Source: an uncultured Candidatus Saccharibacteria bacterium (GTDB lineage Bacteria; Patescibacteriota; Doudnabacteria; UBA920; 2-01-FULL-46-14). Taken from it: a stretch of DNA of 61,654 nucleotides. The stretch is from assembly GCA_964565195.1 (NCBI GenBank), contig CAZMCQ010000001.1:133309-194962 (forward strand), given 5' to 3'. Numbering within the stretch: position 1 is the stretch's first letter; each line of letters opens with the position of its first letter. Below, in pieces: positions 34,736-44,273 of this stretch. Made by a program: the position numbers and the translations under genes. Below the pieces are notes generated by a model that saw nothing but the letters and a program-made list of their open reading frames with translations, made no database searches and had not been told where the DNA came from.

Positions 34736-35467
34736 TTACTCTAACGCTTCCGGGCAATTTTGCTCTACCCATTTTTGTTCATCGGCAGATACTAGAAGCG
34801 TCTTTCCATGCCAAAAGACAGCTGTCTGTTTATCTTTTTCTGTGATCAAACGGTCAGGACAGGTATTTGGCGGCAGCACTCTCATGGATTCTGAAGATCC
34901 TTGCTGTCCTTCACCCCGATGCAAGCCACGGTATGAATTATGCAATACATAAATTTGAAAAGCAAAAAATCCAAAAATGAAAAGATTTATTAAAAGTACA
35001 ATCAGGATGGCGTTTCTCCTGCCTGTTCCTCCCCATTTTTTATCTACCCATCTATAAATAAAATATGGAACTAAGGTAAGAAGAACCCAGAAAGTAGATG
35101 TAAAAACTATTGTGTTAATAAGTGTCGGGCGTTGATCCAGAGGGGTTAATGTCTGCTGCTCCAATATCCAAAGGGCTGCTCCCACAAACCAAGCCAGTGG
35201 CCAGAAAAATATTCTATAGAGAATCCAAATTACTGTACCAATTATCAAATAAGCAAAAGGGCGATGAAGTGAATCACTTGAGCCCAGGTCCAATATGTGA
35301 AGTTTGGCTGGATCTTCCCCTACATTTTCCGGTCCCAATAAATAAATTGGTAGGGCTGGAAGTTGTTCCCCAATAAGAAAAAACATCAGTACAAAAAATA
35401 TAATAAAATTAGCCGGCAGCTTGTAATTACTTCCCCAAAAATCTTTTTTAAAAAAGTGGGTATTCAT
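34736..35467 (-). CDS. Low-GC multi-pass membrane protein of unknown function
   Basis: Four to five hydrophobic segments; visibly AT-richer than its neighbours; starts 8 nt after the tRNA-Ser(UGA) 3' end. Confidence 0.65.
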   Translation of the reverse strand: MNTHFFKKDFWGSNYKLPANFIIFFVLMFFLIGEQLPALPIYLLGPENVGEDPAKLHILDLGSSDSLHRPFAYLIIGTVIWILYRIFFWPLAWFVGAALWILEQQTLTPLDQRPTLINTIVFTSTFWVLLTLVPYFIYRWVDKKWGGTGRRNAILIVLLINLFIFGFFAFQIYVLHNSYRGLHRGEGQQGSSESMRVLPPNTCPDRLITEKDKQTAVFWHGKTLLVSADEQKWVEQNCPEALE

Positions 35468-35475
35468 TTCCTTTC

Positions 35476-35568
35476 TGGCGGAGGCGAGAGGATTCGAACC
35501 TCTGACCCGCTTTATCAGCGGATAACGGTTTTCAAGACCGCCGCATTAGTCCACTCTGCCACGCCTCC
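35476..35568 (-). tRNA. tRNA-Ser(UGA)
   Basis: Reverse complement GGAGGCGTGGCAGAGTGGACTAATGCGGCGGTCTTGAAAACCG...GGTTCGAATCCTCTCGCCTCCGCCA. Confidence 0.95.
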
Positions 35569-35608
35569 GATTCTCAAATTATACTGGAAATGCTAATATA
35601 AATCTATT

Positions 35609-36073
35609 ATGTCAGAAGAAATTTCCTGGGCAGCTCCGGAATTCATTCATTACCCGAAAAACAAAGTATGGTTCTGGATTTTGGGCACGGCCAGCGTGCT
35701 CGTCATCGTTTATTTTCTCTGGCAAAAGGACTTTCTCACCACCGCGCTTTTCATCTTGCTTTTCGCAGTCATTTTTTATTTCTCAAAAGTTGAGCCGAAA
35801 ACAGTGGCGATCAAACTCGATAGCAGCGGGGTGAAATACGGCGAAGTGAAAATTCCCTACCAGCAAATTAAAACCTTCTGGATCGTTTACGAACCGCCGG
35901 AAGTGAAAACCCTCAATTTTGAGACGACTTCTTATTTCAACAGCTCCGTCACCATCCAGCTTGACCGCGAGGACCCTGTTCAAGTCCGCGAATTTCTGCT
36001 AAAATATTTGCCTGAAGACCTTCACCGCGAAGAGTCTTTCACTGACCGCATCGCCAGAAAGTTAAAATTCTAA
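35609..36073 (+). CDS. Conserved CPR two-TM protein with PH-like C-terminus
   Basis: ISWAAPEF..YPKNKVWF, two TM helices, IPYQQIKTFWI, LL.YLPED...ESFTDRIARKLKF. Confidence 0.7.
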   Translation: MSEEISWAAPEFIHYPKNKVWFWILGTASVLVIVYFLWQKDFLTTALFILLFAVIFYFSKVEPKTVAIKLDSSGVKYGEVKIPYQQIKTFWIVYEPPEVKTLNFETTSYFNSSVTIQLDREDPVQVREFLLKYLPEDLHREESFTDRIARKLKF

Positions 36074-36148
36074 GCCCTCGTCGTTCAACGGACAGGACGC
36101 AGGATTGCGGATCCTGCAATCGAGGTTCGATTCCTCGCGAGGGCACCA
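36074..36148 (+). tRNA. tRNA-Arg(GCG)
   Basis: GCCCTCGTCGTTCAACGGACAGGACG-CAGGA-TTGCGGA-TCCTG-CAATCGAGGTTCGATTCCTCGCGAGGGCACCA; anticodon GCG. Confidence 0.92.
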
Positions 36149-36150
36149 CG

Positions 36151-36675
36151 ATGACTCGTTTAAATAATTATCTCGGGGAATTCGTATACGGGGCGATTGA
36201 CGGCTCGGTCACGACCTTTGCCGTCGTCGCCGGCGCGGCCGGCGCGCACTTGGGCGCGCCGGTGGTGGTGATTCTGGGCTTTGCCAATTTGCTCGCCGAC
36301 GGCCTGTCCATGTCCATCGGCAGTTATCTCTCCGCCAAATCAGAATCAGACATGATGAAAAGACAGGGAATTGACACCGGCCATGCGCGTTCTCCGCGCA
36401 TCCGCGGACTGATCACTTTCCTGTCTTTTGTCTCGGTCGGGTTCATCCCCCTGTTTATCTACGTTTTTGATCTAATGTTTGGCCTCCGCAGCGACAATAA
36501 CTTTCTGACCGCCTCAATCTTGACCTTGATGGCATTTCTCGTCATCGGCTATTTCCGTTCGCGGGTCACGCATTCCGGCAAGATTAAGGCCATCGCCGAA
36601 ACCTTGATGCTCGGTGTTGCGGCGGCTGCCGCGGCCTTTTTTGTCGGCAATGTTCTAGAAAAAATCATCACCTGA
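36151..36675 (+). CDS. VIT1/CCC1 family Fe/Mn transporter
   Basis: FVYGAIDGSVTTFAVVAG, LGFANLLADGLSMSIGSYLS, TFLSFVSVGFIPL. Confidence 0.92.
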   Translation: MTRLNNYLGEFVYGAIDGSVTTFAVVAGAAGAHLGAPVVVILGFANLLADGLSMSIGSYLSAKSESDMMKRQGIDTGHARSPRIRGLITFLSFVSVGFIPLFIYVFDLMFGLRSDNNFLTASILTLMAFLVIGYFRSRVTHSGKIKAIAETLMLGVAAAAAAFFVGNVLEKIIT

Positions 36676-38819
36676 TGCATGCTCTAACAGATTCGGTTAC
36701 TGTTCTCCACCTCGTAACGAAGCCGGCCGAGAAGGCATTAGCGCGCCTCAACATCCGCACGATCGAGGATTTGCTGTATTATTTTCCGCGCGACTGGCAG
36801 GATCTAAGCGAGATACGGACCATCGCTGACATCCGGCCAAATGAAAAAATCACGATTCGCGCGCGGATCAAAAGTCTCTCCGGCCGCCGCACCTGGAAAA
36901 AGCGCCTGCACCTAACAGAGGCACTTTTAGAAGATAACAGCGGCAATATCGTGGCCGTGTGGTTCAATCAACCCTTCCTTAAAAACTCGCTGCAGGCGGG
37001 CCGCGAATACTATTTTCACGGCAAAAGTACTTTATCTCCCTACGGGAGATCCCCCGTAGGGGGACAGCTCGCCAATCCGTCTTTTGAACTCGTCAAAGAC
37101 GAAACCATCCATACGGCGGCGATCGTTCCTGTATATGATCTTACGGAAGGACTCACCGGCAAGCAGCTCCGGTATTTTTTGAAGCAAGCGCTCGAGGAAG
37201 TGCTTCCGCAACTCAAAGAACTGCTACCGCGCGGATTGCGGGAGAAACTCGCGCTTCCCGACCTTTCGGTTGCACTTCACAATATCCATTTTCCTAAATC
37301 AAAAGTTAACCTTGCCGCCGCCAGGAGGCGGCTCGCCTTTGATGAGCTGTTTTCCTTCCAGCTCGCCTTTCTTTCCTACAAAAAGAAACTCCAAACCATT
37401 CCCGCGCCGCCGATCAGATTTCAGGAAAAATTAATCAAAAATTTTGTTCAGAGTTTGCCGTTTGCCCTCACTGCCTCCCAAAAAGTCGCCACTTGGGAAA
37501 TTCTCAAAGATATTGCCCAGCCGCATCCCATGAATCGCCTCCTCGAAGGCGAGGTGGGCTCGGGCAAAACCGTGGTCGCCGGCATTGCGATGTATGAAGT
37601 AGCCAAGGCCGGCCTGCAGTCTGTGCTCCTCGCGCCAACCGAGATTCTCGCCTGGCAGCACTATGAAACATTAAAAAAACTCTATAAAAACACAGGGCTG
37701 CGCGTTAGAATCTTAACACGCTCTCACAAGGAAACATTCCCCCCCCACCTTTCCTCCCCCACCAGTGGGGAGGAAGTGAAGGAGGGGGTCATCGTCGGCA
37801 CGCACGCGCTTTTGGAGGAAGGCGTGGAATTTGAAGCCATCGGCCTGCTCGTCGTGGATGAGCAGCAACGCTTCGGCGTCAAACAGCGCGGCACGCTCCA
37901 GACGCGCCGGAAATCGCAAATCCCGCATCTGCTCACAATGACGGCAACGCCCATCCCGCGAACTCTGGCGCTGGCTTTTTACGGCGATCTGGATATTTCG
38001 CGCCTCAAAGAGCTGCCGTCAGGGCGGAAAAAAGTCTTGACTAAACTTGTTCCGCCGGAGAAACGGACAGCGGCCTATAATTTTCTGCGCAAAGAAATCG
38101 AGAAAGGCCGGCAGGTGTATGTCGTCGTGCCTTTGGTCGGAGAATCCCCCCACCTAACCTCCCCCACAAGGGGGGAGGAAAAAAATAATAATGAATTCCC
38201 TCCCCTTGATGGGGAGGGTAAGGGAGGGGTGAAATCCGCCAAACTCGAACAGAAAAAACTTCAGAAAATTTTCCCGGAATTCCGGATCGGGCTCCTGCAC
38301 GGCCGGATGCCCGCCAAAGGCGGGGAATCAAAAGAGCAGGTAATGAATAGTTTTCGCGCGGGCATAATTCATATTCTGGTTTCCACGACAGTTATTGAGG
38401 TTGGCGTGGATGTCGGCAATGCCACGATTATGCTGATAGAAAACGCGGAACGGTTCGGTCTCGCGCAATTGCATCAGCTGCGCGGCCGCGTGGGCAGGAG
38501 CGAACATCAATCCTATTGCCTTTTGTTTTCGGAAAACCCAAACGAATTCACGAGAACGCGCCTGCAGGCTGTCGTGGAATCAACCGACGGCTTTGCCCTC
38601 TCTGAGCGCGACCTGGAATTGCGCGGCCCGGGCGAGATCTTGGGGACCCGGCAGGCTGGTTTCATTCCCTTCAAAATCGCCCGCTTTTCCGACCGCGAAC
38701 TCATCAAACTGGCCAAAAAAGAAGCGGAGAAGTTTCTCGAAGTGGACCCGAAGTTTTCCACATCCCCGGCCTTAAAAACCCAAGTTTTGGCGCTTGCCAA
38801 AGACGCGCACCTAGAGTAG
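36675..38819 (+). CDS. recG: ATP-dependent DNA helicase RecG with three repeat-derived inserts
   Basis: RRRLAFDELF, MNRLLEGEVGSGKT, LAPTEILA.QH, VVDEQQRFGV, MTATPIPRTL, STTVIEVGVDV, FGLAQLHQLRGRVGR. Confidence 0.97.
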   Translation: MHALTDSVTVLHLVTKPAEKALARLNIRTIEDLLYYFPRDWQDLSEIRTIADIRPNEKITIRARIKSLSGRRTWKKRLHLTEALLEDNSGNIVAVWFNQPFLKNSLQAGREYYFHGKSTLSPYGRSPVGGQLANPSFELVKDETIHTAAIVPVYDLTEGLTGKQLRYFLKQALEEVLPQLKELLPRGLREKLALPDLSVALHNIHFPKSKVNLAAARRRLAFDELFSFQLAFLSYKKKLQTIPAPPIRFQEKLIKNFVQSLPFALTASQKVATWEILKDIAQPHPMNRLLEGEVGSGKTVVAGIAMYEVAKAGLQSVLLAPTEILAWQHYETLKKLYKNTGLRVRILTRSHKETFPPHLSSPTSGEEVKEGVIVGTHALLEEGVEFEAIGLLVVDEQQRFGVKQRGTLQTRRKSQIPHLLTMTATPIPRTLALAFYGDLDISRLKELPSGRKKVLTKLVPPEKRTAAYNFLRKEIEKGRQVYVVVPLVGESPHLTSPTRGEEKNNNEFPPLDGEGKGGVKSAKLEQKKLQKIFPEFRIGLLHGRMPAKGGESKEQVMNSFRAGIIHILVSTTVIEVGVDVGNATIMLIENAERFGLAQLHQLRGRVGRSEHQSYCLLFSENPNEFTRTRLQAVVESTDGFALSERDLELRGPGEILGTRQAGFIPFKIARFSDRELIKLAKKEAEKFLEVDPKFSTSPALKTQVLALAKDAHLE
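37739..37790. repeat. In-frame CCCC...GGGG element in recG
   Basis: Peptide FPPHLSSPTSGEEVKEGV. Confidence 0.8.
38146..38232. repeat. In-frame double-hairpin element in recG
   Basis: Peptide SPHLTSPTRGEEKNNNEFPPLDGEGKGGV; nearly the same DNA as the guaA copy. Confidence 0.85.
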
Positions 38820-39018
38820 ACTCGAGGCAAAGGCCTCCTCGCTTTATAGCAGACCTTTGAATGTGGCTGATATGTCCTTTCAGCCAAAACTCCACCGAAA
38901 AACCTACAACTACATTCATCAGAGAGGGGGTGATTATCAAAAAGAAAGAGGAATCATAACGCCGCGCCGTGTTGTTTTTAACTCAAGCTAAGTAGTACGT
39001 TTATTCGTGGGGTGTGGG

Positions 39019-39543
39019 ATGACACAACAGGAACAAAGTATTCACACTTTCCCTTTGCCGCTGACTCTTGGCAGAGCGACGATCAAGGGGTTCACTTCAA
39101 AGGGAGAGGTGGAATTTACTGAAGGTAAAAACAAAGCCATTCGCGAGCTCAAAGCGAATGCCCGAAATGCGCTAGAGCAAGCCGTACTCGCGGCGTTTCG
39201 GACAAACCGGAAGTTCCGTGAATCCTGGAGGGCCTGGCTCGAAGCAGAGTTGGGTTTTCTGGAGGAAAATCTGAACCGGGCCAATCAAAGTCATCGGGAC
39301 AATCACGAACGCAGGTCGTTCATCAACACTGCTGACATCCGGTATGATGCCAACGAACACGCGCGAACCACTACCATCCTGAGGACTTATCCGCCGCGGA
39401 TCAGAATGCTGCGTGAAGCCATTGACAGGGTCAACCACGGGGCTTACGGCATCTGCCGCAAGTGCAAAAAGCCCATCGGCATCGCGCGGCTGCAAGCCGC
39501 GCCCGGCGCAACGCACTGCGTTGCCTGCGCGGAGACTCATTAG
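39019..39543 (+). CDS. TraR/DksA-family C4 zinc-finger protein
   Basis: Coiled coil followed by AIDRVNHGAYGICRKCKKPIGIARLQAAPGATHCVACAE. Confidence 0.85.
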   Translation: MTQQEQSIHTFPLPLTLGRATIKGFTSKGEVEFTEGKNKAIRELKANARNALEQAVLAAFRTNRKFRESWRAWLEAELGFLEENLNRANQSHRDNHERRSFINTADIRYDANEHARTTTILRTYPPRIRMLREAIDRVNHGAYGICRKCKKPIGIARLQAAPGATHCVACAETH

Positions 39544-39611
39544 AATCAGGGCAACACAAAACGGGTCAGCAATGCGTGGCACACATGTCCACACAAAGCT
39601 GACCCGCTTTT

Positions 39612-40694
39612 TTATTGCAAATCCAGGCGGTAGAGATAGCCGCTGGCGCTGTCCGTGAAAAACAAGATCGGTTTTGTCGGGTGAAGAAATATCTCGGCCG
39701 GGCCAAGCAGCGAATCGGCCGGGAAAGTGTAGACCTCGCGCCATTCTTGCGTCAAAACATTGTAGGCGCGGATTTTTCCTGCAGCAAAAATATAAAGCTC
39801 GCGCGAATCACTGCTCCAGGCCACTCCCCCCACCTCGCCTCCCCCACTAAGGGGGGAGGAATTAGAAAGAGGGCTCCCCTCGCCAGGGGAGAGGGGGGAA
39901 AGGGACTGCAAATCATAAATGACCAACGCTCCCGCCTTCTCCGCGACCGCGAAATTGCCATCCGGCGAAAATTTGGCGCCCGAGTAGCGCACTTTCTCAT
40001 CGAGCAGCGTGTACCGGACCGTATCCAGATCAACAAGCAGCAGATTGTCGGGGTTTTGCGCATCATCGACAAACAGCAGCACCTGATTTTTCGCCGAGGA
40101 GACTACCAGCTCATAATCCGGCCCATACAAATCGGATAATTTTACATAATTGGCCGTATCCGGCGCCGCGACGCTAAGCTCGGCTCGGCCGCCCTCCCCT
40201 ACCCAAATATAAACGACCTGTTTATCGTCCGCCAAAAAAGCCGGATCGCGGATCCGCTCATCATAAATGGTAAAAACTTTCTTGTCAGCGCCATAAAATT
40301 GATAACGCGTATGTCCGTCCACTGACTGCTCCACGATAAAATCATTGCCCCGTTGCTGCCAGATGACACGGGCCGGATTCGTAATAGGCGCAGGCCCGCC
40401 TGCCGGCGAGGCAGGCAATAGATATTCTTCCTTAACTGCCCCCGCCTCAATGGCCTGCCGGTACAGCCGTCCTTCCCGGCTCATAAACCAGACCGTCTCG
40501 CCATTAAACGACAGCACCGGCGAGATCACAGTTTCCGCCACGAGGAGTTCGGGCTGGCGCGGGGCCGGCTCTTCCTGCACTACCGGCACTTCAGTTTTTG
40601 ACCCGGGTTGTTTGACAAGCAGATAATACGCGCCAACGCCCGTGCCGACAAACAGCAATACGACAATGATTAAGATAAATGTGCGGCGGTTCAT
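39612..40694 (-). CDS. Membrane-anchored beta-propeller (TolB-like) protein with palindromic insert
   Basis: N-terminal TM; FSPDG / WSSDSRE repeats; insert LSPGEGSPLSNSSPLSGGGEVGG at about 39825-39905. Confidence 0.7.
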   Translation of the reverse strand: MNRRTFILIIVVLLFVGTGVGAYYLLVKQPGSKTEVPVVQEEPAPRQPELLVAETVISPVLSFNGETVWFMSREGRLYRQAIEAGAVKEEYLLPASPAGGPAPITNPARVIWQQRGNDFIVEQSVDGHTRYQFYGADKKVFTIYDERIRDPAFLADDKQVVYIWVGEGGRAELSVAAPDTANYVKLSDLYGPDYELVVSSAKNQVLLFVDDAQNPDNLLLVDLDTVRYTLLDEKVRYSGAKFSPDGNFAVAEKAGALVIYDLQSLSPLSPGEGSPLSNSSPLSGGGEVGGVAWSSDSRELYIFAAGKIRAYNVLTQEWREVYTFPADSLLGPAEIFLHPTKPILFFTDSASGYLYRLDLQ

Positions 40695-41152
40695 TGGCTT
40701 GGCAGGTTAGCTTGATCCAAACCCTGCACGGCGCGGCCAAACGGCGCAACCGCGTCGCAGACACCGTCCGCCAGAGTGAGCCAGCTCGCGGTCTTCAGCG
40801 TTGCGACTGCGGCAAGATTGCCGGTAAAAGCGGTCGGGTTGCACATCGCGGTCAGGGTCATAATCACCACGCCGATAACCAAAGCCGCGCCGACAATCAC
40901 CCCGAGCACGGGCAGAAGCCAAGGCAAGACAGCCGCACCGGCTGCGGCGGCGGCCTCGCCGGCGGCAGCTGCGCCGGCCTGCACAAGTTTCTTCCCCCCT
41001 TGTCTCACGACTTGTTTGGTGATTTCCTTCCTGGCAATATGCCCCAACGTCTCGTTCCTGCGCCGCTCAAGTTCAGCGCGGTGTGCTTCTTCCCGCTGCC
41101 GCTGCTCCATAAGCGACTCGTCCAAAGTTGGCGAAAAAAACTCGTCAGGCAT
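40691..41152 (-). CDS. Hypothetical membrane protein of the VirB4 cluster
   Basis: Charged N-terminus, Ala-rich stretch and a TM helix; overlaps the next gene by 4 nt. Confidence 0.6.
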   Translation of the reverse strand: MPDEFFSPTLDESLMEQRQREEAHRAELERRRNETLGHIARKEITKQVVRQGGKKLVQAGAAAAGEAAAAAGAAVLPWLLPVLGVIVGAALVIGVVIMTLTAMCNPTAFTGNLAAVATLKTASWLTLADGVCDAVAPFGRAVQGLDQANLPSQ

Positions 41153-41209
41153 ACCTTAAAATTCCAAATTACAAATCACAAATCTCAAATAAATTCCAAT
41201 AATCAATAC

Positions 41210-41626
41210 CTAAACGGATTTCTCCAGTATTGAAGAGAAAATTTTCTTGAGCTCAATGGCCTCGTTCATTAAGGAATTTCCTTCCCTACTAAACGGTTCA
41301 TCGTTTGTTTCGACAATTAACCGAAGCCAATAAGCGGATTCTTTGGCTTCCTTGCGGCAGATTTTGATGCGCATTAGGAAATCTTTCTTACTTAAGGATT
41401 CATTTGCCTCGATGTAATTGGCACCACTAGAAGCGCTAGATCGAATACATTGCTTACCATATTCAAGATTGCTGGCATTCTTCGGCAATTGTTTACAATA
41501 TACTGCAACTGCTTTTGCAAACTCAAAAGTCCGCTCTTCCAAATCATAGGGTTTATTTAATTTTTCCCCATTTGGAATTTGAAGTTTATTTGTTATTTGT
41601 GTATTAAGATTTGGAATTTTATTCAT
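41210..41626 (-). CDS. Four-helix-bundle protein
   Basis: YDLEERTFEFAK, QCIRSSASSGANYIEANESLSKKDF, KEAKESAYWL; flanked by 7-nt AAT(T/C)CA repeats in inverted orientation. Confidence 0.9.
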   Translation of the reverse strand: MNKIPNLNTQITNKLQIPNGEKLNKPYDLEERTFEFAKAVAVYCKQLPKNASNLEYGKQCIRSSASSGANYIEANESLSKKDFLMRIKICRKEAKESAYWLRLIVETNDEPFSREGNSLMNEAIELKKIFSSILEKSV

Positions 41627-41627
41627 C

Positions 41628-43442
41628 TTATCGCCCTTCTAGTTCTTCTTTGGCCCGCTGGATCTCCAGGCGCTGGCGCGGGTCAGTGGTGATGATCTGG
41701 TCTTCGGTATAAGAAGCGACCACCCGCACCGCGACGTGCTTTAAACCCGCAAAGAAGATCCCCTCGCCCACCTCGCTCTCCAACAGCAAATATTTCTCGC
41801 CTTCGGTGAGAAAAAATGTCTCGGCCACGATGTCCATCGCGGCCGGCGACTGCTTTAATAACAGCTGAATCGAGGAGTTGGTCACAATCGGTTTGCCATA
41901 AGCGCTCTGCAAAAAATCCTGCACGTCCTGGGTGATGGTGGTTACGCCGAGGTAGTATTTGCGCGACCGTTTGGCAATGCCGAAGAGAAACCGCGCCGAG
42001 TCCTCGTGCTGCATCATCCACCACGCCTCGTCAATGACCAGAATGCGTTTTTTCAAGGTGGAGCGCACCTCGTTCCAGATGAAACCGAGAATGACATAGA
42101 TGGCGATGGGCCGCAGGGTGTCCTCGAGATCGCGCACCGAAAACACCACGAGCTGGTTGTCAAGATTGATGTTGGTCGGCTGGTTGAAGATGCCGGAAAA
42201 CGTCCCTTCCGTGTATTTGGAGAGACGCTGCGCCAGACTCTCGCCGCCCTCGATGCCCGTGAGCACGTTGACGAGATCACTCATGGTCGGCACCTCGACA
42301 GTGGTAAAATCCGACTGCGGCGTGATGTCGCGCGTCGCGTAAGTCTCCCAGATGGCGCGATCCATAATCGCTTCCTCGGCGGGAGTGAGCTTGCCGAGCA
42401 TCAGGTTCATGAGCCCCAGAAGGTTGATCACGGTCGAACGCATCACGTCCTCCGGCGACTCGCCCTCCTGCGGCTTGATGAGGTCAAATGGATTGATGCG
42501 CGAGTTGGAATTCAAAGAGACGTTGAGGTAGGAGCCGCCAACCGCGTCCGAGAGATGTTTGTACTCATTCTCGGGGTCAATCACGATCACGTCCGTGCCG
42601 ATCATCAGAGAACGCAAAATCTCCAGCTTCACGGCATAGGATTTGCCGCTACCCGATTTGGCAAACACGACCGAATTGGCGTTTTCCATCTGGAAGCGGT
42701 CAAAGAGGATCAAGCTGTTGTTGTGCCGGTTGATGCCATAGAGAATGCCGTCCGAAGAGGTAAGCTCCGAGGAGACAAACGGAAAAGTCGTGGAGAGGGG
42801 TCCGGTGTTCATATTGCTGGAAACGGCGAGCTCGTCATTGCCCAGGGGCAGCGTGGAGTTGAACCCGGCCTCGCCCTGCAGCACCGCGGCTTTGGCGATC
42901 ACCAGTTTCGAGCCGAGCAGGGATTCCAGATTGGCCGTGATTTTGTCCAGGCCCTTCAGGTCATCCGCGTAGATCGTGAAATAGAGCGAGAAGCGGAAAT
43001 AGCGCTCGGTGCCCTGCTGGAGGCGATCACGCAACTCCTCCACGTCGTGGTAGGCCGTCTCGAGCATCGGGTCGCGGACAATGCCCTTCTCCTGATTCAT
43101 GGCAATTGTGGCCTCGAGCTGGCCGACTTTATTTTTGAGCTTTTTCATCACCACGTCCGTCTCCATCGGGTAGATGAACATCGAGATGTCCATCGCCACG
43201 TCCAGATTGACGATCGGCGCGAGCCAGTTGGTCGAAAGATACCGCGGATAGGTGAGCACAAAAAACGTCCGGGCGTATTTGCCGGAAACCTGCAGGTAGT
43301 TCGACTCGATCTGCATCGCGGTCGGCGCGATCAGATCGCGAAGGCTCGTCACCCCCTGCTGGTAGGCGCGCTCCGCCTCCAATAATTCGTGCGACAGGGA
43401 CTTCGGCGTAGCTGAAGAATTCTTTTTATTAAACAAACTCAT
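41628..43442 (-). CDS. VirB4/TraC-like conjugation-type ATPase
   Basis: NANSVVFAKSGSGKS Walker A, VIVIDPENEY, INPFD, LVIDEAW Walker B, KRSRKYYLG..TITQ. Confidence 0.9.
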   Translation of the reverse strand: MSLFNKKNSSATPKSLSHELLEAERAYQQGVTSLRDLIAPTAMQIESNYLQVSGKYARTFFVLTYPRYLSTNWLAPIVNLDVAMDISMFIYPMETDVVMKKLKNKVGQLEATIAMNQEKGIVRDPMLETAYHDVEELRDRLQQGTERYFRFSLYFTIYADDLKGLDKITANLESLLGSKLVIAKAAVLQGEAGFNSTLPLGNDELAVSSNMNTGPLSTTFPFVSSELTSSDGILYGINRHNNSLILFDRFQMENANSVVFAKSGSGKSYAVKLEILRSLMIGTDVIVIDPENEYKHLSDAVGGSYLNVSLNSNSRINPFDLIKPQEGESPEDVMRSTVINLLGLMNLMLGKLTPAEEAIMDRAIWETYATRDITPQSDFTTVEVPTMSDLVNVLTGIEGGESLAQRLSKYTEGTFSGIFNQPTNINLDNQLVVFSVRDLEDTLRPIAIYVILGFIWNEVRSTLKKRILVIDEAWWMMQHEDSARFLFGIAKRSRKYYLGVTTITQDVQDFLQSAYGKPIVTNSSIQLLLKQSPAAMDIVAETFFLTEGEKYLLLESEVGEGIFFAGLKHVAVRVVASYTEDQIITTDPRQRLEIQRAKEELEGR

Positions 43443-43443
43443 A

Positions 43444-43545
43444 TTAATAAATCAAAATGTAAATATCAAAAATCAAAATTACAGATTAAAATTTTAAAAT
43501 TTTTAATTGTCATTTTCCATTTTGATTTTTAATTTTTTATTTATC
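43444..43545. repeat. AT-rich periodic palindrome, empty version of the flanks of 44274-44648
   Basis: atcaaaatgtaaatatcaaaaatcaaaattaca is shared with about 44234-44263; right arm ttttccattttgatttttaatttt is shared with 44641-44664. Confidence 0.8.
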
Positions 43546-44226
43546 GTTGACTTCCATTTTCTCCATCGCCTCGGTATGCAGCGGCGAGGCGGCCTCGAAA
43601 TTATAAGACTGGTACAAAAGCTCGATGAGTTCCTCGGTGCGAAGCTGCAAGCTCCGCAGGCCCATGCCGCCAAGCTCCGAGCTAACATGCGCCACGCGCT
43701 CGTCGAGTTTGGCGCGCGCTGCGGCAAACTCGCTCTGGTTTAAGGCGATCTGGCCGGCCGGATTCAGAATTTTTGTGAATTTGGCCAGGAAGCCCTGTTT
43801 CGCCGCTTCCGCCGAATAGGGCACCACCACGTAAAACGTCTTGCTCATGATGTTGGCAAACTCAATAAGTTTGGCCACATACTCGATGTATTCGCTCATC
43901 TGGATGCGCAGGAGCTCATTGGTCTGCGCGCTTTCCAGCGAGCGCATCTTTTCGAGATAGCCGTTGATGTCGAGAATGCGCGAGTGGATGAGAATTTGCA
44001 CGGGAAAATCGAGCGAATTCAAAAAGCCCTGGTAGGCCGCGCCGATCGCATTCTGTTCATCTTCGGATTTCAAGGCAAAGTTGGTCGAGGAGACGGCCAG
44101 GATCGCGCGCAGACTGCCGTCTTTGAGAATGACCGTGTCCTCGCGGATCTCGGAAACATCCAGATATTTCTGGGTCGCTTCCGTCGGCTTCACGCCGGCC
44201 AATTTTTTGGACTGCATCTCAACCAT
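43537..44226 (-). CDS. Conserved CPR protein of the VirB4 cluster (TraE/VirB4-N-like)
   Basis: TQKYLDVSEIREDTVILKDGSLRA...S.NFALKSEDEQ.AI...Y.GFLNSLDFPVQILI.SR. Confidence 0.75.
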   Translation of the reverse strand: MVEMQSKKLAGVKPTEATQKYLDVSEIREDTVILKDGSLRAILAVSSTNFALKSEDEQNAIGAAYQGFLNSLDFPVQILIHSRILDINGYLEKMRSLESAQTNELLRIQMSEYIEYVAKLIEFANIMSKTFYVVVPYSAEAAKQGFLAKFTKILNPAGQIALNQSEFAAARAKLDERVAHVSSELGGMGLRSLQLRTEELIELLYQSYNFEAASPLHTEAMEKMEVNDK

Positions 44227-44273
44227 AATAAGTCAAAATGTAAATATCAAAAATCAAAATTACAATTTAAAAT

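Noticed and set aside
33084-35568. Integrated element bounded by tRNA-Ser 3' duplications
   Set aside because: Both are complete tRNAs with different anticodons, there is no integrase, and the only candidate att remnant (TGGCGG near 34729) is too short.
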